A stretch of DNA of 64,000 nucleotides. Origin: Octopus sinensis. Lineage: Eukaryota. The translations under genes and the position numbers were made by a program. Below are positions 23,561-35,710 of the stretch, in pieces (within the stretch, counting starts at the first letter, position 1; the number at the start of each line of letters is the position of its first letter). Below the pieces are notes generated by a model. It was not told the origin of the DNA and did no database searches. It saw only the letters and a list, made by a program, of their open reading frames with translations. The stretch covers positions 20,398,001 through 20,462,000 of the forward strand of contig NC_043002.1 in the NCBI RefSeq assembly GCF_006345805.1. The letters run 5' to 3'.

Positions 23561-24254
23561 TTCATCATCATCGTTTAACATCCGCTTTCCATACTAGCAT
23601 GGGTTGGACGGTTTGACCGGGGTCTGGGAAGCCAGGAGGCTGCTCCAGTCTGATCTGGCAGTGTTTCTACAGCTGGATGCCCTTCCTAACGCCAACCATT
23701 CCGTGAGTGTAGTGGGTGCTTTTTATGTGCCACCGACACAGGTGCCAGACGAGGCTGGCAACGTCCACAATCAGTTGGTACTTTTTACGTGCCACCAGCA
23801 TGGGAGCCAGTCAAGGGGGTGCTGGCATCAGCCACGTTCGGATGATGCTTTTTACATGCCAGCGGCACAGGTATCACAACTACAACTTCCATTTGATTTT
23901 CATTTTGATGTTGATGTACTTAACTCAATAGGTCTCCTCAAGCACAACGGGTCGCCCTATGATCCAAGGTAAGCACAACAGGCCAACCTGTGATCCATGG
24001 TACTTTGGATGGGCTGTGTATTACTGTTCCAATCCCACTGAGGTCAGCTTTGTCTTTCATCATTTTAGGGTTAATAAAATGAAGTAACAGTCACATACTA
24101 GCATTGAGGTAATCAACTAACACCTTCCCCTCAAAGTTGTTGGCCCTGTGCCTAAATTAGAAACAATTATTTCTAGGAGGTAACTTGGCAGAATAGTTAA
24201 AACCCAGAACAAAGCAGCTTGCAGTATGTCCTGAGTTCTAATCCTGCCAAAGTC

Positions 24255-25285
24255 AACTTTACAGATCCTTTTCCTAGGGTTGTGATTGGGTTGGGTCAAA
24301 AGCTGTTTTGACACTTTGGACCCAATCAGCCAATTTTTTTGAAAATGGCCGGGTGCAGGTACCCAGTGATTCTTGAGGGTCGCCCCCTCCATGTGTCATC
24401 GGTGCCTGGAGCCTGGCCATATAAAGAAAAACTGTTCCCAGGAACAAAGTAAGGTCCTGGAGCAGTTGAGTGAGACCTTTGTAGAAGAGGGAATGAAGGC
24501 GGCCGAGGAGGTGGAGGATTCCTCAAAGAGGGACCGCAAGAGGAAAAAAGTGAGCAACAATGGGTGCTCACCGAAAGAACCTAGGGATGAGGAAGGGGAG
24601 GCGAATCTCCCGGTCACAGAGGAGATGCACCCTCCCTCAGTTGAAAAGAAAGAGGAAGAGAAACGGGACATTGCTGGCAGTCGGTGACATAGTACTGGAA
24701 TGTCCCGAACCTCGTCAGTTGGGGTTGTGCCACTGGCAGGGGAAGAGATATCGTTGGCGGGAACTGTGCTGCCAATGGTAGAATTGGATATTGGTCTTCT
24801 TCTATAGAGGCGGAGAGGTTGAAAAACACCATAAGGGAGCACCTTTAGCCTGCACACAGGATTCTGAATGGCCTCCGCAGATAGCTGTGGAGGTCATAAC
24901 GTTGCCCGTGACATATAGGCTGGAGGGACTCAATGAGAAATATCGCTTGTACCCTGGCGACGCCGACACGGCACCCGCTTTGATCTTGAATGAGGCATGG
25001 GTGATAGCGGAGGATGCGGGCACAAGCGATGTTGAGGAGGAATATGGATAAGAGGTTCGAAAAGCTTCAGTGTTATTGAAAGTTCCTTTTGTTATTAAAT
25101 ATTGTGAACAGTATAGAGGTTTGTTGCCTACAATATACAAGAGATGAAAAATCAATCGGTGGGCGTCATTTTTTTCCCCCATTAATCATCATTTTCATTT
25201 CATATAACGTTATGTCTACGTCCAGCCCGCAGCTTCCTTTCTCTGTGTAAGGCCTTATGGCCAATATAATGAAATAAAGAAGCTT
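24255..25285 (+). mobile_element. Internally deleted L1/Tx1-like LINE remnant
   Basis: ILEGRPP-CHRCLEPGHIKKNC is a CX2CX4HX4C zinc knuckle (ORF1-type); the segment ends in a 3' UTR-like tract with AATAAAGA. Confidence 0.55.
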
Positions 25286-25938
25286 GCTTATTGCCTACAT
25301 GATTCTGGGTTGTCACACTGCATGGCACCTTGGGCAAGTGTCTTCTGTTATAGCCTTGGGTCGACCAAAACCTTATGAGTGGATTTGATAGTTGGAAAAT
25401 GAAAGAAGCTTGTATATATGTGTGTCTGTGTCACCCACCACCACTTGACAACCGGTGTTGGTGTGTTTACATCCCTGTAACTTAGTGGTTCAGCAAACAA
25501 GACTGACTATAAGTACCAGGCTTAAAATAAAATTAAGTACTAGGGTCAATCCATTCAACTAAAAATTCTTCAAGGCAGTGCCCCAGCATACCTTCCCAAA
25601 TGACCCTTAGAAGAATTAGTATTTTTGGAATTCCTTTAACTTTTACATACTTTTGGAAACAGTTTTAACACTCAGAGTTGCTGAAGCATGGAACAAACTA
25701 CCTGCATCAGTTGCTAGTTGCCAAGACATTGCATCCTTTAAAACTTCCAAGCTTCCTGAAATTCACCAACACTACACCTGTTATTCCCACCTCCATATGC
25801 GTGCACACAGGTATATCATGACTCTTACACTATTCACTTTCCTGTACTATTCAATGTACTATACATGTACCTTTGATGAGTTGTAGTGCACCTGAGCACT
25901 ATACAAAATAATTTCATTTTTATTATTATTATATGTCA

Positions 25939-26110
25939 TAGGCGCAGGAGTGGCTGTGTGGTAAGTAGCTTGCTTACCAACCACATGGTTCTGGGTTCAG
26001 TCCCACTGCGTGGCACCTTGGACAAGTGTTTTCTATTATAGCCTCAAGCCAACCAAAGCCTTGTGAGTGGTAGACAGAAACTGAAAGAAGCCCATCGTAT
26101 ATATGTATCG

Positions 26111-26143
<33 letters not shown>

Positions 26144-26295
26144 ATATGTTTGTCGACCCAGCATCTCTTGACAACCGATGCTGGTGTGTTTACGTCCCTG
26201 TAACTTAACGGTTCTGCAAAAGTGAGCGATAGAATAAGTACTAGGCTTACAAAGAATAAGCATGGCCACAGTCAAATGACTGAAACAAGTAAAAG
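25939..26295 (+). mobile_element. tRNA-derived SINE family S3 with internal (TA)n(TG)n
   Basis: GGAGTGGCTGTGTGGTAAG..GGTTCAGTCCC..CACCTTGGGCAAGTGTCTT..ATGACTGAAACAAGTAAAAG. Other copies at about 38097-38495, 41700-42180, 45816-46160, 49469-49866, 51912-52320(-), 57850-58255, 61222-61580(-). Confidence 0.8.
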
Positions 26296-26539
26296 GGATA
26301 TGTTTCAGCAATAAAGCACACTTCTCATTGATTTAAGATGAAATGTTTCTGTGAAGCTATTTTGTTATTGATCAAAACCTGTCAAATATTTATGAGCCTT
26401 TTCTTAGTTCTCTGGGCTCCAGATTAAATAACAGACTGCCCCAACTCCATTCTCAAAGGTCCTGTTGCAGAGACTAGGCTTCCTCTTCTAAATTGAAAAA
26501 TATTTCATCTCATTAACTACAAAATTCAGTGTGACTCAC

Positions 26540-26605
26540 ATTGGGGGAGACCTGCTGCTTCACATACCAACATTTCAGATCATTTCCAGATAAAAGATAA
26601 CCAAG
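26540..26605 (-). CDS. Candidate 66-nt exon (LGYLLSGNDLKCWYVKQQVSPN)
   Basis: ttcttatcag acceptor, gtgagt donor, single open frame (phase 0-0); no homology recognised. Confidence 0.3.
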
Positions 26606-26649
26606 CTGATAAGAAGTGATTCAACACTACAGACACTCTTTCTTCTGCT

Positions 26650-27480
26650 ACTCTAATGGGATTATATATCCCTATAAAAGCTCACAGGTTTTATATATCG
26701 AAACAAGCCAATGGCTTTTCATGCTTGTATAGAAACCCATGGAATTCTAAATCTCTATACAAGGCAATAGTGGAGGCGCATGGCTTAGTAGTTAGGGTGT
26801 CGAACTCATGATTGTAAGGTTGTGATTTCGATTCCTGGACCGGGCGATGCATTGTGTTCTTGAGCAAAACACTTCATTTTCACGTTGCTCCAGTCCACTC
26901 AGCTGGCAAAAATGAGTAATCCTGCGATGGACTGGTGTCCAATCCAGGTGGGGAATTTCTACGCCACTGAAACTGAGAAAACTGCCCTTATAAGCCTGGC
27001 ATGGCTCAAGAAGGAACATTATTATTATTATTATACAAGTCAATGGGATGCTATATCTCTATATTAGTTCATGGGCTTATACATCTCAACATAAGACCAT
27101 AGAACTCTATATCTCTGTATAAGTCCATGGGTTTTTATTTCTCTGTATAAACCCATGATTCTCTATATCACTATAATCCCACTGGACTAATATCTATATA
27201 AGCCAGCAAGATTTTATATCTCTGTTCAAGTCCATGTGATTTTATGTCTCTATAGAAGCTCGTAGGATTTTCTATACCTGTATAAGACCTTGAAATTCTA
27301 CATCTCTACACAAGCTCATGTGTTCTTATATCTTTAGAGAAATCTATGTGATTCTATATCACTCTAAAACTCGTGAGGTTTTGTATTACTATAGAAGCTT
27401 TTGGAATTCTATTTCTCTATACAAGCCCATGGGTTTCTATAACTCTAAGCCCATCTCTTACACCTCTAACCATCCCGTTT
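26650..27480. repeat. Diverged 28-bp minisatellite (consensus about TATATAAGCCCATGGGATTCTATATCTC), about 20 units, interrupted by an S4 SINE
   Basis: 28-nt periodicity is visible over 27060-27450 and 26650-26770. Confidence 0.8.
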
Positions 27481-29380
27481 TTTTTAAATACAGACATTGT
27501 GTTATCTAGAATTACATTATCTACTTTATTCTTAATTTTTCTCTCTTTTAGATGGTAGCGTATGATTTGATGGAAGATTAACTACTCTTTCTAAGAAGTC
27601 TACTGCTTACATATCTGGGGTAATGCATCAGAAACACAGAAACATTCTAAGCAAATCTTCATTCACCAACGATTTGCTCAACTCAAGGCGGTGCTCCAGC
27701 ATGGCCCCAGTCAAATGACTGAAACAAGTAAAGAGAGTATGGCTCCAGACTAGTGACTAGATTTGGTTGACGGAAACCAAAACAATCCTGTCGTATGCAT
27801 GTATTATCTATCTGTCTATCTATGATTATACTTATCATCATATTTTTATGCGTGTATAGGGAGTGTGTGTGATCATATTCATTATGGTCGTTTTATGCGT
27901 GTAGGGAATTTGAACCCATGCTGGGAAGAACCCAACTGGCACCTGAATGCAGCGGTTTTGACAATGAATGTCTCAGTGGTCCAATCACTAGATCTAACGA
28001 CCGATCGATTTATAGCACAAATGGATGAGTACTCCACAATCACTTATTTTCTGGTACAAGACTTCCTACAGGATTCCACCTACTCGATGTCACACGAGTC
28101 AACGACGATGCCTGCAGTCGCTCAGTGTTCTCCCTTAAATCACAGCCTACAGTCTTAAAAATAAGACAAATTGGATAATTTAGTCATAGATACAGTCTTT
28201 AAAAAAAAGTCGTATTGGTCATTGCCCTCTACCAAAGATTTTGGTCGACCCAAGCTTAATTTAACAAAGCATTTGTCTAAGATGCCACGTTAGTATGATG
28301 AAAATCGAGGCGAAATGATTGCAAAACGAACATCTAAAATCACTTGGTCATGCCTGCATTCATTTTCTGTATGTGTAGATTAGTCCAAAGTCAAATAACG
28401 GGTGACGTAGACAGCAGAGTTCATTAGGTGGAGTTTTAAACGACGTGGTTGCTGTTGACTTATGATCGCCAGCGCTCCACATGTGACCGTCTCATCTGTT
28501 ATTCAGATATACTGGCTTCAGGACTACATTTACCTATCTATTATTTCCCTTCTTTTTGGAATGGTGGCGTGAATTGCAAAAACTGTGACTGCTATTTCTA
28601 GCAAGTTGAGTGACCGCATAAAGCCTCCCACCTCTTTGGATCATTAGGAATTCGTGACGTGGTATATTGTTAGGTGTTAAGATAAGGTGGAAGTTTCTTT
28701 CATTTTAAAGTAAAGGATATTTTTTAATGAGTAATTTGCTGTTTTCTTCTGACTAAAATGAGGTACTGTTTGTTATTCGTTTAAATCTTGAAATTTGTCA
28801 TTTTTTCGATTTAATTCCTCGCTCTTTATATATCTTTGTACTTTTACTTTATTTCATTTTTCGCTCTTTTCTTTCTTTTTTTTCACTCATCATTTTAAAT
28901 TTAATCTGTCTCGATATTGTCTTTTGATTTATATTTCGTTTTTGGATTTGGTCTGCAAGATTCTTTATATGAGTTCGTGTGTTGAAGCATATTTTGTTGT
29001 CTGGGGAGAGTCATTTTCTTTTTGTGCCTTATAATGTAACACACGCACCAGTAAAATTTCCACTTATTTCTTATTTTTATTTTCCTAAAATTTACGTTGC
29101 GTCTTGCAACCTTATTATCTTTATTTTTTCTCTCTCTGCTTCTTCGTTCAAAGAGAGAAAGGGGTTATATTACTGGTACAATTTACTAAATCGATCTCAC
29201 AGATTTTAAGTCATTCACGAAGGATTTGAACTCAGCCTTGTTACTCTGTACCTGTCTCTCTCACTTCAGTCGGTTCCAAATAGCACGAGATATTTGGCGT
29301 ACGTAAGATGGGAGATAACTCCAAAGCTACTTGTTAACACCGGTTGTTTCTCTGAACTTGATAAACACGCTTTTGTAAAC

Positions 29381-29448
29381 ATGCTTCGAAATTGTGTGAA
29401 AACATTGTTGGCTTTGAATTATAAAACGGCCACTCAACGTCTTATCTC
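29381..29448 (+). CDS. MMAB: MMAB coding exon 1 (mitochondrial transit peptide MLRNCVKTLLALNYKTATQRLI)
   Basis: aaacATG context, basic and acid-free N-terminus, gtaagt donor; phase 2 matches the next exon. Confidence 0.75.
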
Positions 29449-29739
29449 GTAAGTTCAATTCCACTAGAATGCCGCACCTTACATTATTATTTTTTTTTTC
29501 CATAATTATATTTAAATGTAGCTTTATTTATTGTACTTCGAAGATTTGCTGAAGGTTGATACATACTCGCACACAAACTTTCCCCGAAACAAGGTAATGG
29601 ATTTGGGAACCAGATAGACAAACACATAGTGCAGATATCAATTAGCTTACAGAAAATTATAAAAGTTTAGTTCATTGTGATAACAACAATAATTAGTTGT
29701 ACAAAATTTTCTTTTATTTCCTTCATCAGCAGGAAAAAT

Positions 29740-30620
29740 ATAGACCAATCTCGTTGATGTTATAAAACCTACGGGCATCGTTCATCTCCACCCGGCCACG
29801 TAATGAGAGATGGTTGAAGCACAGAGGCGACCAGTTTTGCCAAAAGATTCGCGTGCCAGATACGGTCGATAGCTTTTTTAATGTTGAGAGTCAGAGCTCA
29901 CTAATGAGTGACTTGGGGGCATAGATTTCCTGTAGATCTACATTTGCGGACATCATGGTGGTTGTCACTAAAGAAGGAAAGGCATTGAAGGTGTTAGAGA
30001 AGGTTATTAATAATTACTGTCTCCCTGACTTTTGAGTTGTTCGAAGTGGGTGCGAAACGGCGATAGTTGGCAGGGTCAGTGGGGCTTATGATGTATCCCT
30101 AGGAGAGAGAAAGAGAGAGAAGATGAAGAAGAATTTAGTGGGGAGGACTGGAAAGGACATTATCAGAACCATAAGGTTACATGGCATGTATGTGCGTGTA
30201 TGACAGTAAGTGAGCCTTGTGAAGTAGAGAAAGATAGTTTTGAAGATTTACCTACTGCGTGCAACGTGGAGTTGGTTACAAAGGTTAGCAACAAATGTTG
30301 AGGCTTTGTCTGTAGAAGTATTGATTACAGAACTATCGTGTTTAAGGAGTATTCCGCAGAATTGGTGGAGAAGTCTTTTGGCAAAGGTCCAAAAGGATTG
30401 CTGCAGTTTCGGTGGCTGGAGAGAGCTGTGCGATGCACGAAGGCACCTGTCATTGTCTAGATGCTGATTTTGCTGGAGTTGCGGTATAGGGTAATAGCTG
30501 TTTATTTATAAGGGTTGGTAGTTGTGGGCGCTTCACTTCAAGGACTTGAGGTTGTTTGTGAGTTGTAAAGGAACAAGACTAAAGAGATGGTCTCAGCCAC
30601 TCGCTTTACTATTGCCAATT
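29740..30620 (-). mobile_element. Highly degenerate CR1/L2-group LINE fragment
   Basis: Minus frame SFWTFAK..LKHDSSVINTSTDKASTF resembles the endonuclease-RT linker; similar piece at about 37140-37330. Confidence 0.4.
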
Positions 30621-33581
30621 AAGGGCGAAGCATATGTACTTTAGCCTTAAACCAACAGAATTCTCATTTGTTAACTGATCCAAAGCATCACCGGGTTGTG
30701 TATGTGTGTGGTGGGGTTTGGGGATAGTATGTGAATGTGAAATTAGACACCTTTAATTACATATATAATATATACGTTATACATATATGTATATATGTAA
30801 TATTAGACTTAAATATATACATAAGAGTGATAAGAAGGGGGAAAAAACAAAAACAATTCACCACCTTAGGTTGAAAAATTTGGGGTCACTGGGAAACCTC
30901 TCTTATAAATGTGTGGTGGGGAGTTGCGATAAGTAAGTAGTCGGGTGACTGGATAGATGTAGAGATAGTAATGGCTTGCCGGGTGAGAAGGAGACGGTGT
31001 TTAGGGTGTCTGCGTATCAGTCAGAGGTGGTAGTGGGAGGTTTAGATCAATCGATGTTGAGAATTGAGGACTACGAACGATTCGGTTTCTACTCCGGCGT
31101 CAACAGTATGAGATAAGCGTGAGAGCTACACGCAAAGAATATCAATCTTGAACACTCGTGTTTTAAACATAAACAAATATATTGTAAATAGTAGACGCAT
31201 ATACATATTTAAACTAATATGTAATATTGAAATTAAGGTTCGAAAATTAACAAATGTCTTGATTTTCTCTTTGAATGAATTTTTTTTTTTTTTTGCGAAA
31301 CTGAATGTATTTAACAAATAAATGTCTCAAAACAAAGTACAAATAATTTTTTTTTATTATTTAAGGTCCTTTAGCTGAACAATTATCTGATGAATGTATT
31401 TAGTAAACACTATTCTTTCCCCTTCCCATCCAAATTGATATGCTGGTCTTTGATGAAAGCCTTTAATCAAAGGTCTACTCGGGAAGAGCGGTTTGAAGTT
31501 GAAAAACTTTTGAACAAGGGAGGGAATTGGGTAATTGCGTTTTTTTTCCTTGATATTTTCATGCTTCATACGTAAAGATAGGCAAAATAACTCTTGTCTA
31601 CGTTTTGTCCACGACAGCTTATTTCTGTATTCAATGCTAACTCCTATACCTAAAGACTATTTCATCCAGTGATCTGCTCAGTATATGTCCTCTTTCTTGA
31701 TCCACTAAATTATACAAGTCTTCAGTACCTTATTTACAGCCAGGTTGAGTTGGTTATTGTGAGCTGAGTGACTAGACCGCTCACTCAATATAACACTGGT
31801 GACACGATACGTATCCAAGACCTCTCTCTTGGCTGCTAGCTCATGCTTGCAGACAGCTGTGACATTCATATAATGATATTCTTGTGAGATAATGTCATTC
31901 ATGTAATATCATGTACCTTGTTTTCTGCCACACAAGTTGAATATTTAGGACCAAAATTTAGAGCCAAAATAGTTTGCTCAACTTATTCACCAAGACGACT
32001 TTGGAGAACCAAAAATTCTATGTGAAATGACAAGATTTGGAATGGTAGTGACAATGTTTGAAATGTTTACACAATATACTTGTATGCAGAAAAATATTGT
32101 AATAACATTCATATGGTATCACTCATATCATGATATTGTGATGTTATTCATATATCATTGATAACATGATCTTGAAGATTTGAGTACACAATATAATTGC
32201 TTCTCAGATGTGCCTTGTACTTTTTTGCTTGGAACAGTGCTTCTGATTTCTTTTAATTACTAAAAATTAAATTACTGGGAATTTGTGGTCTAGGTTGTTG
32301 CCAGTACTGCAGGACTGGCTCCTGTGCAGGTGGCACATAAAAATCACCATTTGAGCATGGCCGTCGCCAGTACCACCTGACTGGCCCTCGTACCGGTGGC
32401 ACGTAAAAACACCCACTACACTCTCGGAGTGGTTGGCGTTAGGGAGGGCATCCAGCTGTAGAAACTCTGCCAGATTAGATTAGAGCCTGGTGTAGCCATC
32501 TGGCTTGCCAGTCCTCAGTCAAACCGTCCAACCCATGCCAGCATGGAAAGTGGATGTTAAGCGATGATGAAGATGATGATAATTCATGTTATAAATTTTA
32601 TGTAATGACATATTCCCTACCTGGATGGAACACTAGTCTGTTGCAGGATTACTCATTTTTGCCAGCTGAGTGGATTGGAACAATGTGAAATAAAATGTTT
32701 TTGCTCAAGAACACAACACATCGCCTGATCCAGGAATCAAAATCACAATCATAAGTCCAACACCTTTACCACTTAGCAACGCCCCTCCACTCATACAAAT
32801 TTAAATAGCCTAAAATTATAACAATAACATGACACCAGATTTTAGTGCCACATAAAAAGCACCCAGTACACCCTGTAAAGTGGTTGGCACTAGGAAGAAT
32901 ATTTAGTCAGAGAAACCATGCCAAAACAGATATTAGAGCTTGCTACAACCCTCTGGCTTGCCAGCTCCTGTCAATCTGTGCAACCAATGCCAGCATGGAA
33001 AGCAGATGTTAAATGATGTTGATGGTAATGGTGATGATGAATATGCCAGTGACTTAGTAGCTTATTGGATAAACACATTAATATCGGAAAGTGTCACTGA
33101 AGAGGTCACAAAAGATTTCTAGACAATGGAGATAGATTACAATAAGAACAATAATAAACAAGTGAAGAATGAATATGTGGTGTATGTGTTTATTTGGCCA
33201 AAAAGGAAAAAAAAAATGACCATCCTGAAATACAACAATATCTGTTTCAACACACGACTTCACATCAGGAATCTTGCAACACAAATTCATAAACATTAAT
33301 ATCCTTTGTTTAGAAATAGAAGTTCCTAGTCTGCGACTTATTCAGAAATAAGAAACTTGCTGATATTTGTAGAGTGAAACATATTGTAGATACAAATATT
33401 GTATCTATACTCTGGAAAATGTATTATTTATGTCAATATTACTTTGAAATTTAAGGCAGTGAGCTGGCAGAATTGCTAGCATGCTGGGCGAAATTCTTAG
33501 TGATATTTCGTCTGCCATTACATCCTGAGTTCAAATACCATCGAGGTTGACTTTGCTTTCCATCCTTTCAGGGTCACTTAA

Positions 33582-33801
33582 CCCCTTCATTACCAACCCA
33601 GCTGAAACCGGCTCTGGCTCTGAGTACAAATGTCTTGTTTTCATAAGTTTTGAATTATAATCTTCCACCAAATCTTAGTTACAATTAATGTCCCTAACAC
33701 CAGCTGAATGATAACGAAGTTATTTTACTAAATTCTTTATTATATTTAAAGTAATTGAAAGAAGTACAGAGCATCTCAACAGAAATACAGTAACGAATGG
33801 G
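33582..33801. mobile_element. piggyBac-type MITE with TTAA TSD, inserted in an S1 SINE
   Basis: TTAA-CCCCTTCATTAC ... GTAACGAATGGG-TTAA; the SINE resumes after 33805. Further copies at 40430-40646 and 54912-55118. Confidence 0.85.
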
Positions 33802-34235
33802 TTAAATAAGTACTAGTTACACACTGGGGTCGATGTAATTGACTTAATCCTTTACTCCAAATTTGAGGCCTCAGGCTTCCAGTAGGAAGGAATATTACTT
33901 TGAAATTTATGGTGGTGAGCTGACACAGTTGTTAGTACACTGGACAAAATGCTAAGAATTTCGTCTGTCTTTACATTTTGAGTTCAAATTCTGCCAAGGC
34001 TAACTTTGCCTTTTATCCTTTCGGGGTCAGTAAAATAAATACCAACTGAGTACTGGGGTCAATGTAATCAACTTGCTTCCTCCCCTAAACTTGCTGGCCT
34101 TGTGCCAAAATTTGAAACTGATATTACACTGAAATAGCATTTTAATTTAACAATGAACTGGTTAATATGAGCGATATTTTGTGGGACATTGAAAGAGTTA
34201 AAACTACATAAGATAATGGTTTATTTCTTATTCAG

Positions 34236-34288
34236 TTCCAGTTCGGTGAGCAGTTCTGTGAAAATTTACACCAAAACTGGAGACAAAG
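34236..34288 (+). CDS. MMAB: MMAB exon 2 (SSSVSSSVKIYTKTGDK)
   Basis: KIYTKTGDKG is the PduO-type ATP-binding signature; ttattcag acceptor, gttagt donor. Confidence 0.92.
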
Positions 34289-34975
34289 GTTAGTTATGCA
34301 TTTTAAAATATGCAATTACTTAATTGATTAATAAATTTTTGTCACTACTACTACTAAGACAATGAATTGACAGAATCATCTGAGTGATCAGTTTGGAAAT
34401 AAGTGATCTAAAATGGTTGTAAAGCAAGTGAATCACGGAGAACAGAATCCTTCATCATGAAGCGGATACTTTGTAAACAGGACTTGATCTCAATCCCAGT
34501 GACTGTTCAGCTTGAAAATGTCTGTAACATCTGAAGAAAGTTCTCTTGGTCCAAAGCCAGACTTGCTAATCACATGAGATCTTGTGATGACATTTACCAA
34601 TTGGAGAGATGTCCTTCATAAAGAAGTGACAATTGTCATTGTGTGTGTGTGTGTGTGTCCTTGTCTTTGTCTTTACATTATACAATAGATTTAAACAGTT
34701 GTCATCATCATATAAGTTGTGTTTGTCATTCTAGTCTTCTCTGAAAACATATCTGGCCATGGGGTAATATTACCTTGTTTGGAAACGAGTGAAGGTTGGT
34801 GACTGGAAAGGCATCCACTCAGAAAATCTATCTTAGTAAATCTTACTAATGCAAGCATGGAAAAGTAGACATAAAAACGATGAAGAGGATGATGATGATA
34901 GTCATGAATACTCAGGTGAAGGCATACACATTTGCACACACACATGCACGCACACACACATGCACGCACACACAT

Positions 34976-35235
34976 TACCTAGCACAGATGTACAAATGAA
35001 AACACACACACACACAGTACCTAATACAGACATACAAATTAAAACACATGCACACACACATACACACACACACATTCACAAGCACACACACACACAGTAC
35101 CTAGCACAGATGTACAAATGAAAACACAAACACACAGTACCTCGCACAGACATAAAATTAAAACACATGCACACGCATACACTCACACACACAGAGTACC
35201 TAATGCAAACATACAAATGAAAACACATGTGCACA
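34976..35235. repeat. Five copies of TACCTAGCACAGATGTACAAATGAAAAC separated by variable (CA)n
   Basis: Direct reading. Confidence 0.75.
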
Positions 35236-35616
35236 CACACACACACATACACTCACTCACACACACACATTTACCTGAAGTAGTGTTGAAGACTGATAAC
35301 AACAGTGATGATGATGATGATGGTGGTGGTAATGCTTTCTGCATCAATGGTGATGAGCATTGATGATGATTATGCTGCTGCTGATAAGGATTATATTAGT
35401 GATGCAAATGAAGAAGATGATAATAGTGATAATGGTGATGATGATGTAGATAATATGGTGATAGAGATGATGATAAAGATATTAGCAAGACTGATGATAA
35501 TGTTTCCTGGAAATGACAAATAATGATCATAATAACTATAGAACATCCAGTATTATATCCTCTCTCTCTCTCTCTCCATCTTTCTTACTGTCTATCTTTA
35601 TTCCTTCAACACACAG

Positions 35617-35710
35617 GCAAGTCCTCAACATTTACAGGAGAAAGGAGATTCAAGGATGACCTGATATTTGATGCTCTTGGTTCAACAGATGAACTCTCAT
35701 CTGCTCTTGG
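35617..35710 (+). CDS. MMAB: MMAB exon 3 ([32 protein letters not shown])
   Basis: Matches the MMAB segment [30 protein letters not shown]; 94 nt, AG/GT, phases 1 to 2. Confidence 0.95.

Noticed and set aside
26379-26487. 109-nt minus exon that would bridge phases 0 to 1
   Set aside because: In-frame TAA in the required frame, stops in the other frames, weak gttttg donor and a 52-nt intron.
26771-26845. tRNA gene-like sequence (also at other SINE heads)
   Set aside because: A and B boxes present but no complete acceptor stem, and it continues into SINE body; no true tRNA gene seen.
31600-32030. Possible pogo/Tigger remnant
   Set aside because: Resemblance too weak to support without an alignment.
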